A stretch of 35,471 bases of DNA. Origin: Gammaproteobacteria bacterium. Its GTDB lineage: Bacteria > Pseudomonadota > Gammaproteobacteria > GCA-001735895. The DNA lies in NCBI GenBank assembly GCA_050298595.1, contig JBNKUM010000106.1, forward strand, positions 1 through 35,471. Direction: 5' to 3'. The notes under the pieces are model-generated. The model had not been told where the DNA came from. It ran no database searches and saw nothing but the letters and a program-made list of their open reading frames with translations. Made by a program: the position numbers and the translations under genes. This document shows, in pieces, positions 17,394 through 27,003 of this stretch (positions are counted from its first letter, which is position 1; each line of letters begins with the position of its first letter).

Positions 17394-17648
17394 TTAGTAA
17401 TGGTATCTGCACATCACTATAACGATTGTGTTTTCTTCTTGTTTGTAAACAAGTCGGTGTTCCCGATCTATGCGCCTCGACCAATAGCCTGTCCAATCAT
17501 GTTTCAAAGGCTCGGGGTCTCCTAGTCCTGAGAATGGCGTTCTTTTTATGTCTTTTATCAGGTCGTTGATACGCTTAAGCTTCCTCTTGTCTTTGGCTTG
17601 CCAATACAAATAATCGTCCCAAGCATTTTCTGCCCATGACAATATCAT
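17394..17648 (-). CDS. yoeB: YoeB/Txe toxin
   Basis: AWDDYLYWQ..D, G.G.PEPLKH, WSRRIDREHRLVY and CRYHY motifs. Confidence 0.97.
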   Translation of the reverse strand: MILSWAENAWDDYLYWQAKDKRKLKRINDLIKDIKRTPFSGLGDPEPLKHDWTGYWSRRIDREHRLVYKQEENTIVIVMCRYHY

Positions 17649-17899
17649 TCTTCAATAAGACTCTTTTTAAGTGTTTTTCCAGCCCTTATTTCTTTTATCG
17701 CCTGGTTTATTCTTTCTGCATTCTTTGGGCTGGCCATTAAATAGGCTGTCTCCTCGTATGCATGGAAGTCTTCCAGGCTGATAAGTACAGCTGGTTTACC
17801 GTTCTGCCTGGTGATTAGCACAGGCTTGTGGTTTTCATTTACCTGGTCCAGAGTGCTGGCCAAGTTAGATCTTAATGCTGAATAGGATATTGCGTCCAT
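17645..17899 (-). CDS. yefM: YefM/Axe antitoxin
   Basis: ISYS..R.NLA, PVLITRQNG, EETAYL..SP.NA motifs; 4-nt overlap with yoeB. Confidence 0.97.
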   Translation of the reverse strand: MDAISYSALRSNLASTLDQVNENHKPVLITRQNGKPAVLISLEDFHAYEETAYLMASPKNAERINQAIKEIRAGKTLKKSLIEE

Positions 17900-17917
17900 T
17901 GTTCTGGCCTCGTTAGA

Positions 17918-17957
17918 TTGTACTTATAATTGTACAACCGATTATCGTATGAAGCAA
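17918..17957 (-). promoter_or_regulatory. yefM-yoeB promoter/operator
   Basis: Minus strand TTGCTT-17-TACAAT. TGTAC(A/T) cores at 17919 and 17931, 12 bp apart, as in yefM operators. Confidence 0.8.
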
Positions 17958-18086
17958 TTTACGTCCTGTGCTGGCATCAACTAAGAGTCCTCTCAGTAAT
18001 TGCTACAAATTTGCGGTAAGAGATCTGACTTGTCTTCTCTCCTGCGTCAAATATATGTTCCACTGAGCAGCAAGCTTTCGTTACTG

Positions 18087-19025
18087 CTACAGATATGCGG
18101 TTTGCTGTGTTAGCTGATTATTCCAGTCAAATCCATCAGTCTCTGGCAACTCAGTTCTGACAGCTTTGCTTTCTTCCCCTATTGCCCCCTTGAATTTTTC
18201 AATAAGTTCTAATCCTGGTGCATCATTATTAAACGCTAGCACTGTCTCACCTTCAAAGTTTTTGTGTATGCTGATGATGAGTTTTAGAGCATCTTCAGAC
18301 CAGGATCCGCTCATGCTTGCGTACCTGGTTTTCTCGTCTTTGTATATGGCGTAGTGCGACAAGGCTTCGATTCCTGACTCAACGATGACGAGCCTTTCAT
18401 CAGATTTAAAGCAGTTGCTTATCCAGACGGTTTTTGTGCCTCCCTGGGTAAACCCTGTGTAGCCTTTGTTTTTTTTCTCAAACCCACAAAGTCCATCGTC
18501 ATCGTAATGCGGGAATACGGCATTTCTATATTTATCTGTATAGATCCTGCCTTTAAATCTGGCTGACAGGTAGACACTCTCAGGGATGTGCCGCTCTGCT
18601 GTCAAATACCTGTGAGCGCCGGTAATTTCTTCCTGCTTACTGAATTCTAGTAATATTGCTTGTCTATTTTTTTCAGTCGGCTCAATTTCTTTTTGGTAGT
18701 AGGTTGGAGCAGGTGGGGAAGGGCGTGTGCCACTCTCTCCAATCCAGGGGCGTAACTCCTTGCGGATCCGCCCAATGTTTCTCTCGTGACGGTTTTGAAT
18801 AAAATCAATGATAGTACCGTTGTCTTTTTCATCACGAAATGAGTAATAGACATAATGCATGTTTGTATTACGTGCAATTGCCAGCTTGTCGGCACCGTTC
18901 CTCATGACAATTGATCGCCTGGATGATTCCTGACGATCAATTACAAAACCAACACTGGCGGCGTACTCAGTCAGATTAATTTCACTTTTGAAACGATCAA
19001 TTTCTTCTGTACGTTCGAGAACCAT
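18087..19025 (-). CDS. Primase-like Toprim protein (DUF3991 + Toprim type)
   Basis: D.GTIIDF.Q, RYL..ER.I, D...NAVFPH, LVIVESGIEALS motifs. The DxD position reads FNNDAPG. Confidence 0.8.
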   Translation of the reverse strand: MVLERTEEIDRFKSEINLTEYAASVGFVIDRQESSRRSIVMRNGADKLAIARNTNMHYVYYSFRDEKDNGTIIDFIQNRHERNIGRIRKELRPWIGESGTRPSPPAPTYYQKEIEPTEKNRQAILLEFSKQEEITGAHRYLTAERHIPESVYLSARFKGRIYTDKYRNAVFPHYDDDGLCGFEKKNKGYTGFTQGGTKTVWISNCFKSDERLVIVESGIEALSHYAIYKDEKTRYASMSGSWSEDALKLIISIHKNFEGETVLAFNNDAPGLELIEKFKGAIGEESKAVRTELPETDGFDWNNQLTQQTAYL

Positions 19026-19027
19026 GC

Positions 19028-19339
19028 TTATTCCCTCAGTACTCCCACCACTGTAGCGCCTTGAGTGATGGAAAAGCCTACTTCAGCAATCTGCACTTTT
19101 TTCTTGTTGTACAAAGGCTCGATGTGTCCCACTTGCAGCGGAATGATGTGTGTCACGTCATATCCTTCTTCGTCCATTTCGTTGAGTATAGAATGCAGGG
19201 TGTCGGTGAAGTCCTGTAGATCTACAGCACCGTTATTGACTGCCGTTTTCGTTTTTTTGATAATCAAACCTTCTTGATAATCAAAGCTTTCGAGTTCAGA
19301 CCGGAAATATGCAGTCCTGTACTTAGGTTTGTCACTCAT
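19028..19339 (-). CDS. Hypothetical protein
   Basis: 103 aa; operon-like overlap with the upstream gene; AGGAG RBS. Confidence 0.7.
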   Translation of the reverse strand: MSDKPKYRTAYFRSELESFDYQEGLIIKKTKTAVNNGAVDLQDFTDTLHSILNEMDEEGYDVTHIIPLQVGHIEPLYNKKKVQIAEVGFSITQGATVVGVLRE

Positions 19340-19613
19340 TTTTTGTAGCTCCTTTATAGAATTTAATTACTTCTCTTTTACTGATCAGCTCACCCCATTC
19401 ATGGATGACATATACCGATCCCTCTTTAGTTAAAATCATCCCTGGTATCTGACCAGAGGTGATTTTTCCCAAAATATCAACGACTGTAGTCCTTGGTAAG
19501 CCAACGCAGGCGGCAATAGATAAGGCTGTGGCTGGTTTAGTCTGCAATAGCGCGCCCAGTACAAGCCAAACTTTCCTCATATCACCACGACTGAAGCTGC
19601 CAATGGCATTCAT
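19332..19613 (-). CDS. Winged-helix DNA-binding protein
   Basis: T..SIA..VGLPRTTV..IL helix-turn-helix followed by a beta-wing (KEGSVYVI..WG). Confidence 0.7.
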   Translation of the reverse strand: MNAIGSFSRGDMRKVWLVLGALLQTKPATALSIAACVGLPRTTVVDILGKITSGQIPGMILTKEGSVYVIHEWGELISKREVIKFYKGATKNE

Positions 19614-20566
19614 TCGTTACGTGCCATTATGTTATTTAACTTAGCCAATAGATTAGACATGGCACCACTTAATCCCTGATCAATATTTTCTAATTGATCC
19701 AACTTGTTCGCGAATGATTCTACTTGTTTCACAGTAAGGGCAGGGGTTGGTTTTTTCGTTCTCACCGCTTCTTTCCCTCCATCCGCATCGGATGGTTTAT
19801 CAGCTGCGCCGGTTACATTATCCGGTAATGCTTTAGCATCAATTCTGCCCTTGGCATACTTCCTGAGTTCTTCCGTAGCTTTACGCATGCTACCAGTAAC
19901 CTTATTGGTTTTGACGCGCTGAATAAATTCAGCTACTCGTTTTCCTCTGGCTTTATTATCAACAGACTCGATCGCTACCGACAGGTTGTAGAGGCTCTTA
20001 TAATCTTTGATTATTTCTTGCTCCAGAATGTTTTTAACATCGCTATTAATTGACGCTGTTTCATAGATTTTTAACTTGTTACGGATCTCGTCAATATTCC
20101 TGCCAGTTTGCTCACAAAAGCCGAGTATCGGACTTTCGAAGTTTTTGTACTCGGTTTCTAAAACATCGTGCAGCCCCGCAATCTCATCCATGAGTGTTGT
20201 ATCTTCCCTGTCCATATTTTCAATCAGTGCGATTGTTTTGATATAGGGCAGGGCGCTAGAAGGCCAAACCTTAGCCCTTCTTAGGCTTGACTCATTCAGA
20301 TAATCCCGACAAGCAAGTACACGGCATTGTCCGAAAGCTAAATCATAGTTCCCATCGGGTCGTTCTATTAATCCTGGTTCCTGCAATAATCCATTATTTG
20401 CAATAGATGCCCCCAGGCTTCGCAAATAATCTTCACTTTTGTTATGCCGGTAATTGTTTATGAATATTTTTTTAAAAGGAATATTTGGGACATAGGTGGT
20501 TTGTATGTCTGCCAGAGGGCTTGCTTGCCTGCGCAACTCCTCACTTATGGGTTGACCTATTGGCAT
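19610..20566 (-). CDS. parB: ParB-family partition protein
   Basis: L.ASI...GLLQ.P, GQCRVLA (GxxRxxA) and ALIEN..RED motifs; follows parA. Confidence 0.88.
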   Translation of the reverse strand: MPIGQPISEELRRQASPLADIQTTYVPNIPFKKIFINNYRHNKSEDYLRSLGASIANNGLLQEPGLIERPDGNYDLAFGQCRVLACRDYLNESSLRRAKVWPSSALPYIKTIALIENMDREDTTLMDEIAGLHDVLETEYKNFESPILGFCEQTGRNIDEIRNKLKIYETASINSDVKNILEQEIIKDYKSLYNLSVAIESVDNKARGKRVAEFIQRVKTNKVTGSMRKATEELRKYAKGRIDAKALPDNVTGAADKPSDADGGKEAVRTKKPTPALTVKQVESFANKLDQLENIDQGLSGAMSNLLAKLNNIMARNE

Positions 20567-21340
20567 TTATTTACCCTCAATAATCATTAGTATTTCTTCC
20601 ATAACCTTCGTTGTTTCGATGGTTGCTTTTTTATCAGTTTGATCATCAAACACTGTAGTGCCATTCCGATAGCAATTATCATAAGCTTGCCTGTTTAGCA
20701 CAGTAGTGTTGAGTACCATCATATTCTGTGCCTCGAACCTTTGACGATAGGTAGCCTCATTCCGAGTGTTATCCTGCCTCGCTTGATTCAACAACACCAT
20801 GCAATTTTTCTGTTTCTCAGCATCGATCAGATCCCTGATCATAGCTTCCGCTATCATGGTGTCCTGATCTGCTACCGATGCAGGGATGATCACATAATCA
20901 GCAATACGGATAGCTGCACTATTACGTGCTACTACCTGATTGCCTGGACCTATAAGTTCATCTAGTTTTGTAAGCATATCTTTCTTAAGCACAGCAGGGA
21001 AATCAGGAGAACCGGCTAGCTGTCTAACGTATATAACAAGCTCTCTTAATCGACTATCAGACTCTAGCCCAGGTGACCCATCAATGACAATGTAATCAAG
21101 GCTTGCTGCAAACTCCAGATCACGCCGCGCTATTGGATAATTAATCGGTAGCACAGTTGGGCTATTCTCTGGGTCAGAAGATCGTGAGCGCCAGTAATTA
21201 GCGGAGCCTTGAGGATCGTTATCTATCAGCACCACTTTTTTCTTTTGCAACATCAGGTAACGTGCAAGGTTAAAAGATGTATTCGTTTTGCCGCTTCCGC
21301 CCTTTTCGGACAACACGGCGATCACTATTGGGTTACTCAT
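20567..21340 (-). CDS. parA: ParA-family partition ATPase
   Basis: KGGSGKT deviant Walker A; LIDNDPQGS; IVIDGSP. Confidence 0.93.
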   Translation of the reverse strand: MSNPIVIAVLSEKGGSGKTNTSFNLARYLMLQKKKVVLIDNDPQGSANYWRSRSSDPENSPTVLPINYPIARRDLEFAASLDYIVIDGSPGLESDSRLRELVIYVRQLAGSPDFPAVLKKDMLTKLDELIGPGNQVVARNSAAIRIADYVIIPASVADQDTMIAEAMIRDLIDAEKQKNCMVLLNQARQDNTRNEATYRQRFEAQNMMVLNTTVLNRQAYDNCYRNGTTVFDDQTDKKATIETTKVMEEILMIIEGK

Positions 21341-21360
21341 TTGTAGCTCCTAAATTTTCC

Positions 21361-21560
21361 AAAACTTATATATATGTTTTATGATATTTCTTTCCTATCG
21401 CCCCGTCCTTTAAAAATTCTAGACAGCAGCACATGGGGCGGAGTGTATGACGGTTTAGCCGTCACAGCAAGCATTTTATTAAAGGCTTGTCGGTTTTGTG
21501 ATTTTATTTATTTTTTAGAATCCTCGTCTCTCAACTTTACAAAAACTTATATATAAGTTT
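21361..21560. promoter_or_regulatory. Two AAACTTATATATAAGTTT-type palindromes upstream of parA
   Basis: Perfect 18-bp palindrome at 21543-21560 and an imperfect copy at 21361-21380. Confidence 0.6.
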
Positions 21561-21644
21561 CCGTCAGTTTTTATCCCTATTGCCCCGCCGCTTGCGGCTC
21601 AGTGTTTGGTGTAACCTCTCTATGTTCGGCTAGCATTCTCTCTC

Positions 21645-21776
21645 CAAAGTCTGCGACTTTGAAGCCTTTTAAGGCTTCACACCTGATGCAACTAGGTTGC
21701 AAAAGATAAATTATTGTATTATAAAGTATTTTATATATGCTAATTAGCACCTCTTTATAGATGCTAATTAGCACCT
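21645..21776 (-). other. Origin of transfer (MOBF-type oriT); predicted nic between 21679 and 21678
   Basis: Minus strand TGCAAC-CTA-GTTGCA-TCAGGTGT^GA resembles F/IncN nic sites (hairpin plus TGCGTnnGGTGT). Adjacent hairpins at 21645 and 21661. ATGCTAATTAGCACCT occurs at 21737 and 21761. Confidence 0.8.
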
Positions 21777-21810
21777 TTTTATAATTTATTGATTTATAAG
21801 GATATTATAG

Positions 21811-22110
21811 ATGAAGAAAAAAACCTCTGTACTTTTAGAATCCAACCACCGTAAAGCCATCTCTAAGATCATGTCGGATAAGGGCTGCAAAGAATCCGAG
21901 GCTATCCGCCACCTTCTTGACCGCGGTGTAGACTACAATAATTTAGTTAACATAATGGAAGTAACTGAGCTAAAAATATTTTACTACCTTCGGCAGATAG
22001 CTCTTTTGCGCGGGGCTGATTTTGTGAATAAGATAGAATCTGATTTCACAGAAGTTCAGGAAGATATGCTTAAATCTTTGAGGGAGGGAATTTCTCATGT
22101 CGGCAAGTAA
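21811..22110 (+). CDS. Relaxosome accessory protein (ribbon-helix-helix, TrwA-like position)
   Basis: KKTSVLL...SEAIRHLL..G RHH pattern; lies between oriT and the coupling protein. Confidence 0.7.
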   Translation: MKKKTSVLLESNHRKAISKIMSDKGCKESEAIRHLLDRGVDYNNLVNIMEVTELKIFYYLRQIALLRGADFVNKIESDFTEVQEDMLKSLREGISHVGK

Positions 22111-23926
22111 AGAACTGAATACCGGCGCTAAAAAAATCAGTAGCGACGTGCAACAAAATATCCGTTCTTTTTTCCTTAAACTTCGTATCTTTGTTTTTTC
22201 ATTTCTGATTTCATTTATTGTTTCGATTTATCTCATAGTACCGCGCTCTGAGATCGATAACCTGGGCTACTGGATTAAAGCCTATTTTACTATCACGGTT
22301 TTGCATTCTGAGTCAGACACTATTAATTATAAATCTGATGATGGTAAAAAAATGTTGCTATCTGTTGGCACAATCATAAATAAACCTTCCGTTTTAGCAT
22401 CGCTTAATCAACTAAAATGGCATGTTTTTTATAGCCTCATAATAAGCATTTTTACAGCGATTTTACTAACCTACACCGTGATAGTAGTCTTACGTAAATA
22501 TGGCAAGGAATCCTCTTCAGCATCGAAGCGTTTGCGAGGTGCGGAACTGGTGTCAGAAGGTGAGTTGATCAAACGCATAAACAGCGCAGGTATTGCGGGT
22601 GATTTGAGGGTTGGTAATGTACCGTTGCCAGTCGGAGCAGAAACCCAGCACATCTATATATCAGGTGCGACAGGTTGCGGTAAAGGTAATGCGATAAAAG
22701 GCGTTATCGATGTTATAGCCAGTCGAGGCCAGCGCTTCATAATTTACGATAAATCAGGCGAATATGTGTCCAAATATTACCGCGAGGATAAAGATGTAAT
22801 CCTAAACCCATTTGACTCAAGGATGCCTTTTTGGTCTCCCTGGAACGAATGCGAAACATCTTTTGACTACGAAATGATGGCGGCTTCTTTTGTTCCCGAC
22901 ATCCCCAATCAAAAAGACGAACACTGGGTAGACGGCCCGCGTGAAGTACTGTCTGATTTACTGCTCACACTTGCACAGCAAGACATGTGTAACATTGATG
23001 ATTTATTGGCGCTTTCCAGGGATAAAAACGAATTGCATGATTTCCTTGTAGGTAAATCAGGCGCTAGTCAACTCGACCCTGAATCGCCTGAGCATGCCAG
23101 CTCCATGATCTCTATTTTATCACCCAAATTACGGCCCATGCAGTATTTGAGAAATATTGAAAGCGACGAATATTTTTCGCTACGTGAATGGGTGAGAACA
23201 GACAGTGACCGCAGAGTTTTTATAACCTGCTCTCAACGTCAAAAAAGAACTCTTCAGCCACTCATGACGGCATGGATTGATATTGTTATTTCTGAAATTC
23301 TAAGTCTTCCTGAAGACAGAGACCGCAGGCTTTTTACTATTACGGACGAACTGGCTTCTCTTGATCCCGTTAACAGTATTTACGATGGGCTAAATGAAGG
23401 TCGTAAATTTGGCCTTTGCAATATCATTTCGGTAACGTCTGAAGAAGCATTAAAAGAAAAGTATGGTGACAAAAAAGCCAAGACCATGATAGGAATGTGC
23501 GCTACAAAAGTTTGCTACCGATGCGACGAGCCAGACAACGCAAAATGGCTCGCGGATCTGTTCGGTGAGGAAGATGTGCAGGACTCAAAACAGAGCGTCA
23601 CCTTATCTGATCGTAACGACTCTACTAACCTGCATGATCAGCGCAGCAAACGCCATATATTGCTCCCTACTGAGTTCATGGATCTGCCCGACATGACTGC
23701 CATCCTAAAGCTTGGTAAATCCCTGCCGATTGGCAAAGTATCTGTGCCTTACAAACCTCGCCCTGACATCGCTGCGCCAATGATATTGAAGAATTATGAC
23801 CCGTTGAAATATAGTACAAGCCGCAGCGAGGGTGCTCAGCAGGATGATGACCCTCAAGACTATGATAGCTATGAATATATGATACCGGACAGTGCTGAAG
23901 AGCAAGAAGAGGATCTGGTGCTTTAG
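22097..23926 (+). CDS. Type IV coupling protein (TrwB/TraD family)
   Basis: Two N-terminal TM helices; RGAEL, E.QH..I.GATGCGK, IIYDKSGEY, ILNPFD.R, DELASL and EGRKFG motifs. Confidence 0.93.
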   Translation: MSASKELNTGAKKISSDVQQNIRSFFLKLRIFVFSFLISFIVSIYLIVPRSEIDNLGYWIKAYFTITVLHSESDTINYKSDDGKKMLLSVGTIINKPSVLASLNQLKWHVFYSLIISIFTAILLTYTVIVVLRKYGKESSSASKRLRGAELVSEGELIKRINSAGIAGDLRVGNVPLPVGAETQHIYISGATGCGKGNAIKGVIDVIASRGQRFIIYDKSGEYVSKYYREDKDVILNPFDSRMPFWSPWNECETSFDYEMMAASFVPDIPNQKDEHWVDGPREVLSDLLLTLAQQDMCNIDDLLALSRDKNELHDFLVGKSGASQLDPESPEHASSMISILSPKLRPMQYLRNIESDEYFSLREWVRTDSDRRVFITCSQRQKRTLQPLMTAWIDIVISEILSLPEDRDRRLFTITDELASLDPVNSIYDGLNEGRKFGLCNIISVTSEEALKEKYGDKKAKTMIGMCATKVCYRCDEPDNAKWLADLFGEEDVQDSKQSVTLSDRNDSTNLHDQRSKRHILLPTEFMDLPDMTAILKLGKSLPIGKVSVPYKPRPDIAAPMILKNYDPLKYSTSRSEGAQQDDDPQDYDSYEYMIPDSAEEQEEDLVL

Positions 23927-23927
23927 C

Positions 23928-26591
23928 ATGCTATCAATACATAAAATCGAAAGTGCTGAAAATGCCAAACATTACTTTGGAAAGGATAATTACTATACCA
24001 AAGACGGAGCACTTGAAAATAGCTACTGGTACGGCAAAGGCGCTGACAAGCTGGAGCTTAAGGGTTACGTCCACCCAGACAATTTTTTTGAACTTCTTTC
24101 TGGCGAAACTAAGGACATGCGTCTTGGTCGTTTTGTTGACGGCGAAAGAGTGCATACGCCCGGTTGGGATTGTACTTTCAGCGCCCCCAAGAGCGTCAGT
24201 ATACTTTCTGAAGCTTTTGGTATGGAAGAGATTAGAAAGGCACACACTGACTCAGTAAAAAATGCTCTGGATTTCATTCAGGCACAATGTTCAGTCACTC
24301 GGCGAAAAGTTGATGGGTTAATGACCGCAGAAACCACAGGCAACCTGTGCATAGCGGCCTTCACTCATGACACCTCAAGAGAGCTAGATCCACAATTACA
24401 TACTCACTGCATAGTCGCTAACGCAACCCATACAGATGATGGCTGGCGTTCGCTCGACTCACGGAATCTATTCCAACTGAAAATGACCGCAGGGCGGTTC
24501 TACAGGAACGAGCTAGCGCGTCGATTGAACAAGCTGGGTTACACGGTTGAAATTACCGGTAAGAACGGCTTATTCGAAATAGCCGGTTTTGATAAAACGC
24601 TGTTGGATCAATTTTCAACTCGTCGTATTCAGATAGAGCAGTATTTAGTAGATAATAACCTGCCTAACACGCCTTCCAATTGTGAACTGGCTGCATTAAA
24701 CACTCGCGTGGCCAAAAAGGATGTAGACCGATCAAAACTACATGATACCTGGAAAAAAAAGCTGGGTGCCCTCGATCTAGAAGCAGGCGATTTTCAAACA
24801 CCCGGTGTCATACTTTCGCCTTCTGCTAAAACTATAGTCAGACGCGCAGTCAGACTTTTGTCAGAACACGACATGGCATTTAGTACAGATCAAATTTTAA
24901 ACCTGTGCTGCGAAACTAATCTTGGTAACACATCAAGCAGGTCTATTTTAAAGGAGATCGACAGGCTTAAAACTATAGGTCATTTATTGGATGCTGATAA
25001 TGACCTGGTTACAACAAAGCAGGGGGTGGATCTAGAAAGGCAAATCATTCGCAATTTACACAATAGCTTTGGTGTGCTCTCACCTTTAGCTGATGCAGCT
25101 AAGATTGGTCGACTACTCAAGGGTTCCTGGCTTAATGAAGACCAGCTGGGCGCAATTAAGCATTGCCTGAGTAGTGAGCACCGCTTCATAGGGATACAGG
25201 GCAATGCAGGGACAGGTAAAACATCGGCACTTTCTGAGCTTGTCAAAATACTGAAAAGGTATGGTAAGAACGTCTTAGCTGTAGCACCGACTCATACTGC
25301 GGTCGGTGAATTGAAAAAATCACTCGATTGTCCCACTCAAACGCTGGACACTTTCTTGCACAGCAAAAAAGATTCTTCCAAAGAATCACCTGTCTGGATC
25401 GTTGATGAGGCCTCCTTTATGTCAGCCAAAAAAATGGATCGGCTACAGCGTCAGGCCATCAGCGCAAATGCAAGGGTTATTCTTGTTGGTGACTTCAGAC
25501 AGCTCGAATCCATAGAAGCGGGCAGGGTATTCAAAATGCTACAGGATGCAGGCATGGAAACTGCTGTAATAAGCAGGAACATGCGACAAAAGGATGAAGC
25601 GCTTTTTGATTCAGTGACTCACATGGTAAAAGATCAGTTCGACAAAGCCCTGGATAGAATTTCATCTAGCATTACTGAAATCGATAGCTCTGAAGGCAGA
25701 ATCAGCGCGATGGTAAACGACTGGCTTTCCCTGGATAAACCCGAGCGTGACAAAACGCAGATGTTAGCCCCATCGAATGTTGAAAGGATAGCTGCTAACA
25801 ATCTGGCTCATCATTTACTCATTGAAACCGGAGACCTAAAGAAACGATCTGTGAAGATCCAAACTTACGAAAACAAACCCATCAGCAGTATTCAGTCGAG
25901 ACAAACCACCAGCTACGTTCCGGGTGATGTCCTAAGGTTCGCCAGGGACTACAAGGCTACCAGCAAAAAAGCGCAGAATAGTATCTCTAAGGACGAATAT
26001 TATAGCGTGGTGGCGATAGATAATAAAACGAACACACTTCATCTGCGATCTAACGACGATGGCCGGAGCTTCACATTAAACCCAAACAAACGCGGCGGCA
26101 ATAGGGTGGGTGGTATATCTACTTTCAAAATATCGACACTTGAGGTCAACATAGGCGAATCACTAAGGTGGACTGACAATAAAAACAACCTCGGTATAAA
26201 GCGTAACCACACGCTCACAGTCGAAGATATTGTTAACGATAAGCTCATTGTCACGGATGAAGCTGATAATAAAAGAGTGTTAAATCTCAACGCAGCTCAG
26301 CACAGACACTTTACCTATAACTATGTAAATACAGTCTATCAGTCCCAGGGAAAGACTTGTGACAACGTGCTGTCACTTGCTGACTCAAGTCAACTTAACC
26401 TCATCAATCGCAAATCATTTTACGTCACGGTTAGCCGCGCTCGACACTCCGCAAAAATATATACGGACAATAGGGAGAGGTTATCGGATGCCATCGGCTC
26501 ACGATTCGGACATAATACCGTCGCCTTAAAGCAGGAACACGTCAAGTCGTTGGCTGAAAATAGAATTAGAGTAAATTCTCACTTGCTTTAA
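23928..26591 (+). CDS. MOBF relaxase-helicase (TrwC/TraI type)
   Basis: MLSI start at 23928; Y...DNYY, D.TFSAPKSVS, HDTSRELDPQLHTH; helicase motifs G.AGTGKT, VDEAS, GD..QL, QG.T and YV.VSRAR. Confidence 0.96.
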   Translation: MLSIHKIESAENAKHYFGKDNYYTKDGALENSYWYGKGADKLELKGYVHPDNFFELLSGETKDMRLGRFVDGERVHTPGWDCTFSAPKSVSILSEAFGMEEIRKAHTDSVKNALDFIQAQCSVTRRKVDGLMTAETTGNLCIAAFTHDTSRELDPQLHTHCIVANATHTDDGWRSLDSRNLFQLKMTAGRFYRNELARRLNKLGYTVEITGKNGLFEIAGFDKTLLDQFSTRRIQIEQYLVDNNLPNTPSNCELAALNTRVAKKDVDRSKLHDTWKKKLGALDLEAGDFQTPGVILSPSAKTIVRRAVRLLSEHDMAFSTDQILNLCCETNLGNTSSRSILKEIDRLKTIGHLLDADNDLVTTKQGVDLERQIIRNLHNSFGVLSPLADAAKIGRLLKGSWLNEDQLGAIKHCLSSEHRFIGIQGNAGTGKTSALSELVKILKRYGKNVLAVAPTHTAVGELKKSLDCPTQTLDTFLHSKKDSSKESPVWIVDEASFMSAKKMDRLQRQAISANARVILVGDFRQLESIEAGRVFKMLQDAGMETAVISRNMRQKDEALFDSVTHMVKDQFDKALDRISSSITEIDSSEGRISAMVNDWLSLDKPERDKTQMLAPSNVERIAANNLAHHLLIETGDLKKRSVKIQTYENKPISSIQSRQTTSYVPGDVLRFARDYKATSKKAQNSISKDEYYSVVAIDNKTNTLHLRSNDDGRSFTLNPNKRGGNRVGGISTFKISTLEVNIGESLRWTDNKNNLGIKRNHTLTVEDIVNDKLIVTDEADNKRVLNLNAAQHRHFTYNYVNTVYQSQGKTCDNVLSLADSSQLNLINRKSFYVTVSRARHSAKIYTDNRERLSDAIGSRFGHNTVALKQEHVKSLAENRIRVNSHLL

Positions 26592-26649
26592 GTGATTACT
26601 TGTCTATACTTTCGCATATTCGCTCTTTCGCATACGGAGATACAAAACG

Positions 26650-27000
26650 ATGTTCATCAAACTTTCAAAAAACTATTTTTTCTTTTCTTTTTTCTTCCTT
26701 GCCATTCTTTTCCTGGTGGCTTTTTCTGTCTCAGCCGATGAGACATTACCTGGTTATCTGGGGCAAAGTAAGTCAGCAGAGGCTTCACTGGGTGGAATAG
26801 GTAAAAAGGTGGTCGAGTGGATTTTATATCTGGCAGTTGTGCTTTCTTCAATTGCATCAGCTGCGGGGCTGGCAATGATAAATGGTTTAATCGGCAATAA
26901 AGAAAAAGGCATGGACATGATTAAAACAGGATTGTCAGTGATGGCTATCTCTGGTGTTGCACTGGGCATATTTGCATTTTTCGCTGGTCTTGGCCATTAA
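26650..27000 (+). CDS. VirB2-like pilin
   Basis: GGAG RBS; signal peptide plus two hydrophobic helices separated by a short charged loop; first gene of the mating-pair cluster. Confidence 0.65.
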   Translation: MFIKLSKNYFFFSFFFLAILFLVAFSVSADETLPGYLGQSKSAEASLGGIGKKVVEWILYLAVVLSSIASAAGLAMINGLIGNKEKGMDMIKTGLSVMAISGVALGIFAFFAGLGH

Positions 27001-27003
27001 TCA

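Noticed and set aside
21586-21615. GCCGC-TT-GCGGC followed by GTGTTTGGTGT as the nic site
   Set aside because: Poorer match to MOBF nic spacing than the 21678-21701 site, and it would send the tra genes first.
23892-23927. Upstream in-frame start for the relaxase
   Set aside because: MOBF relaxases begin at the MLS motif (23928); the extension overlaps the coupling-protein gene.
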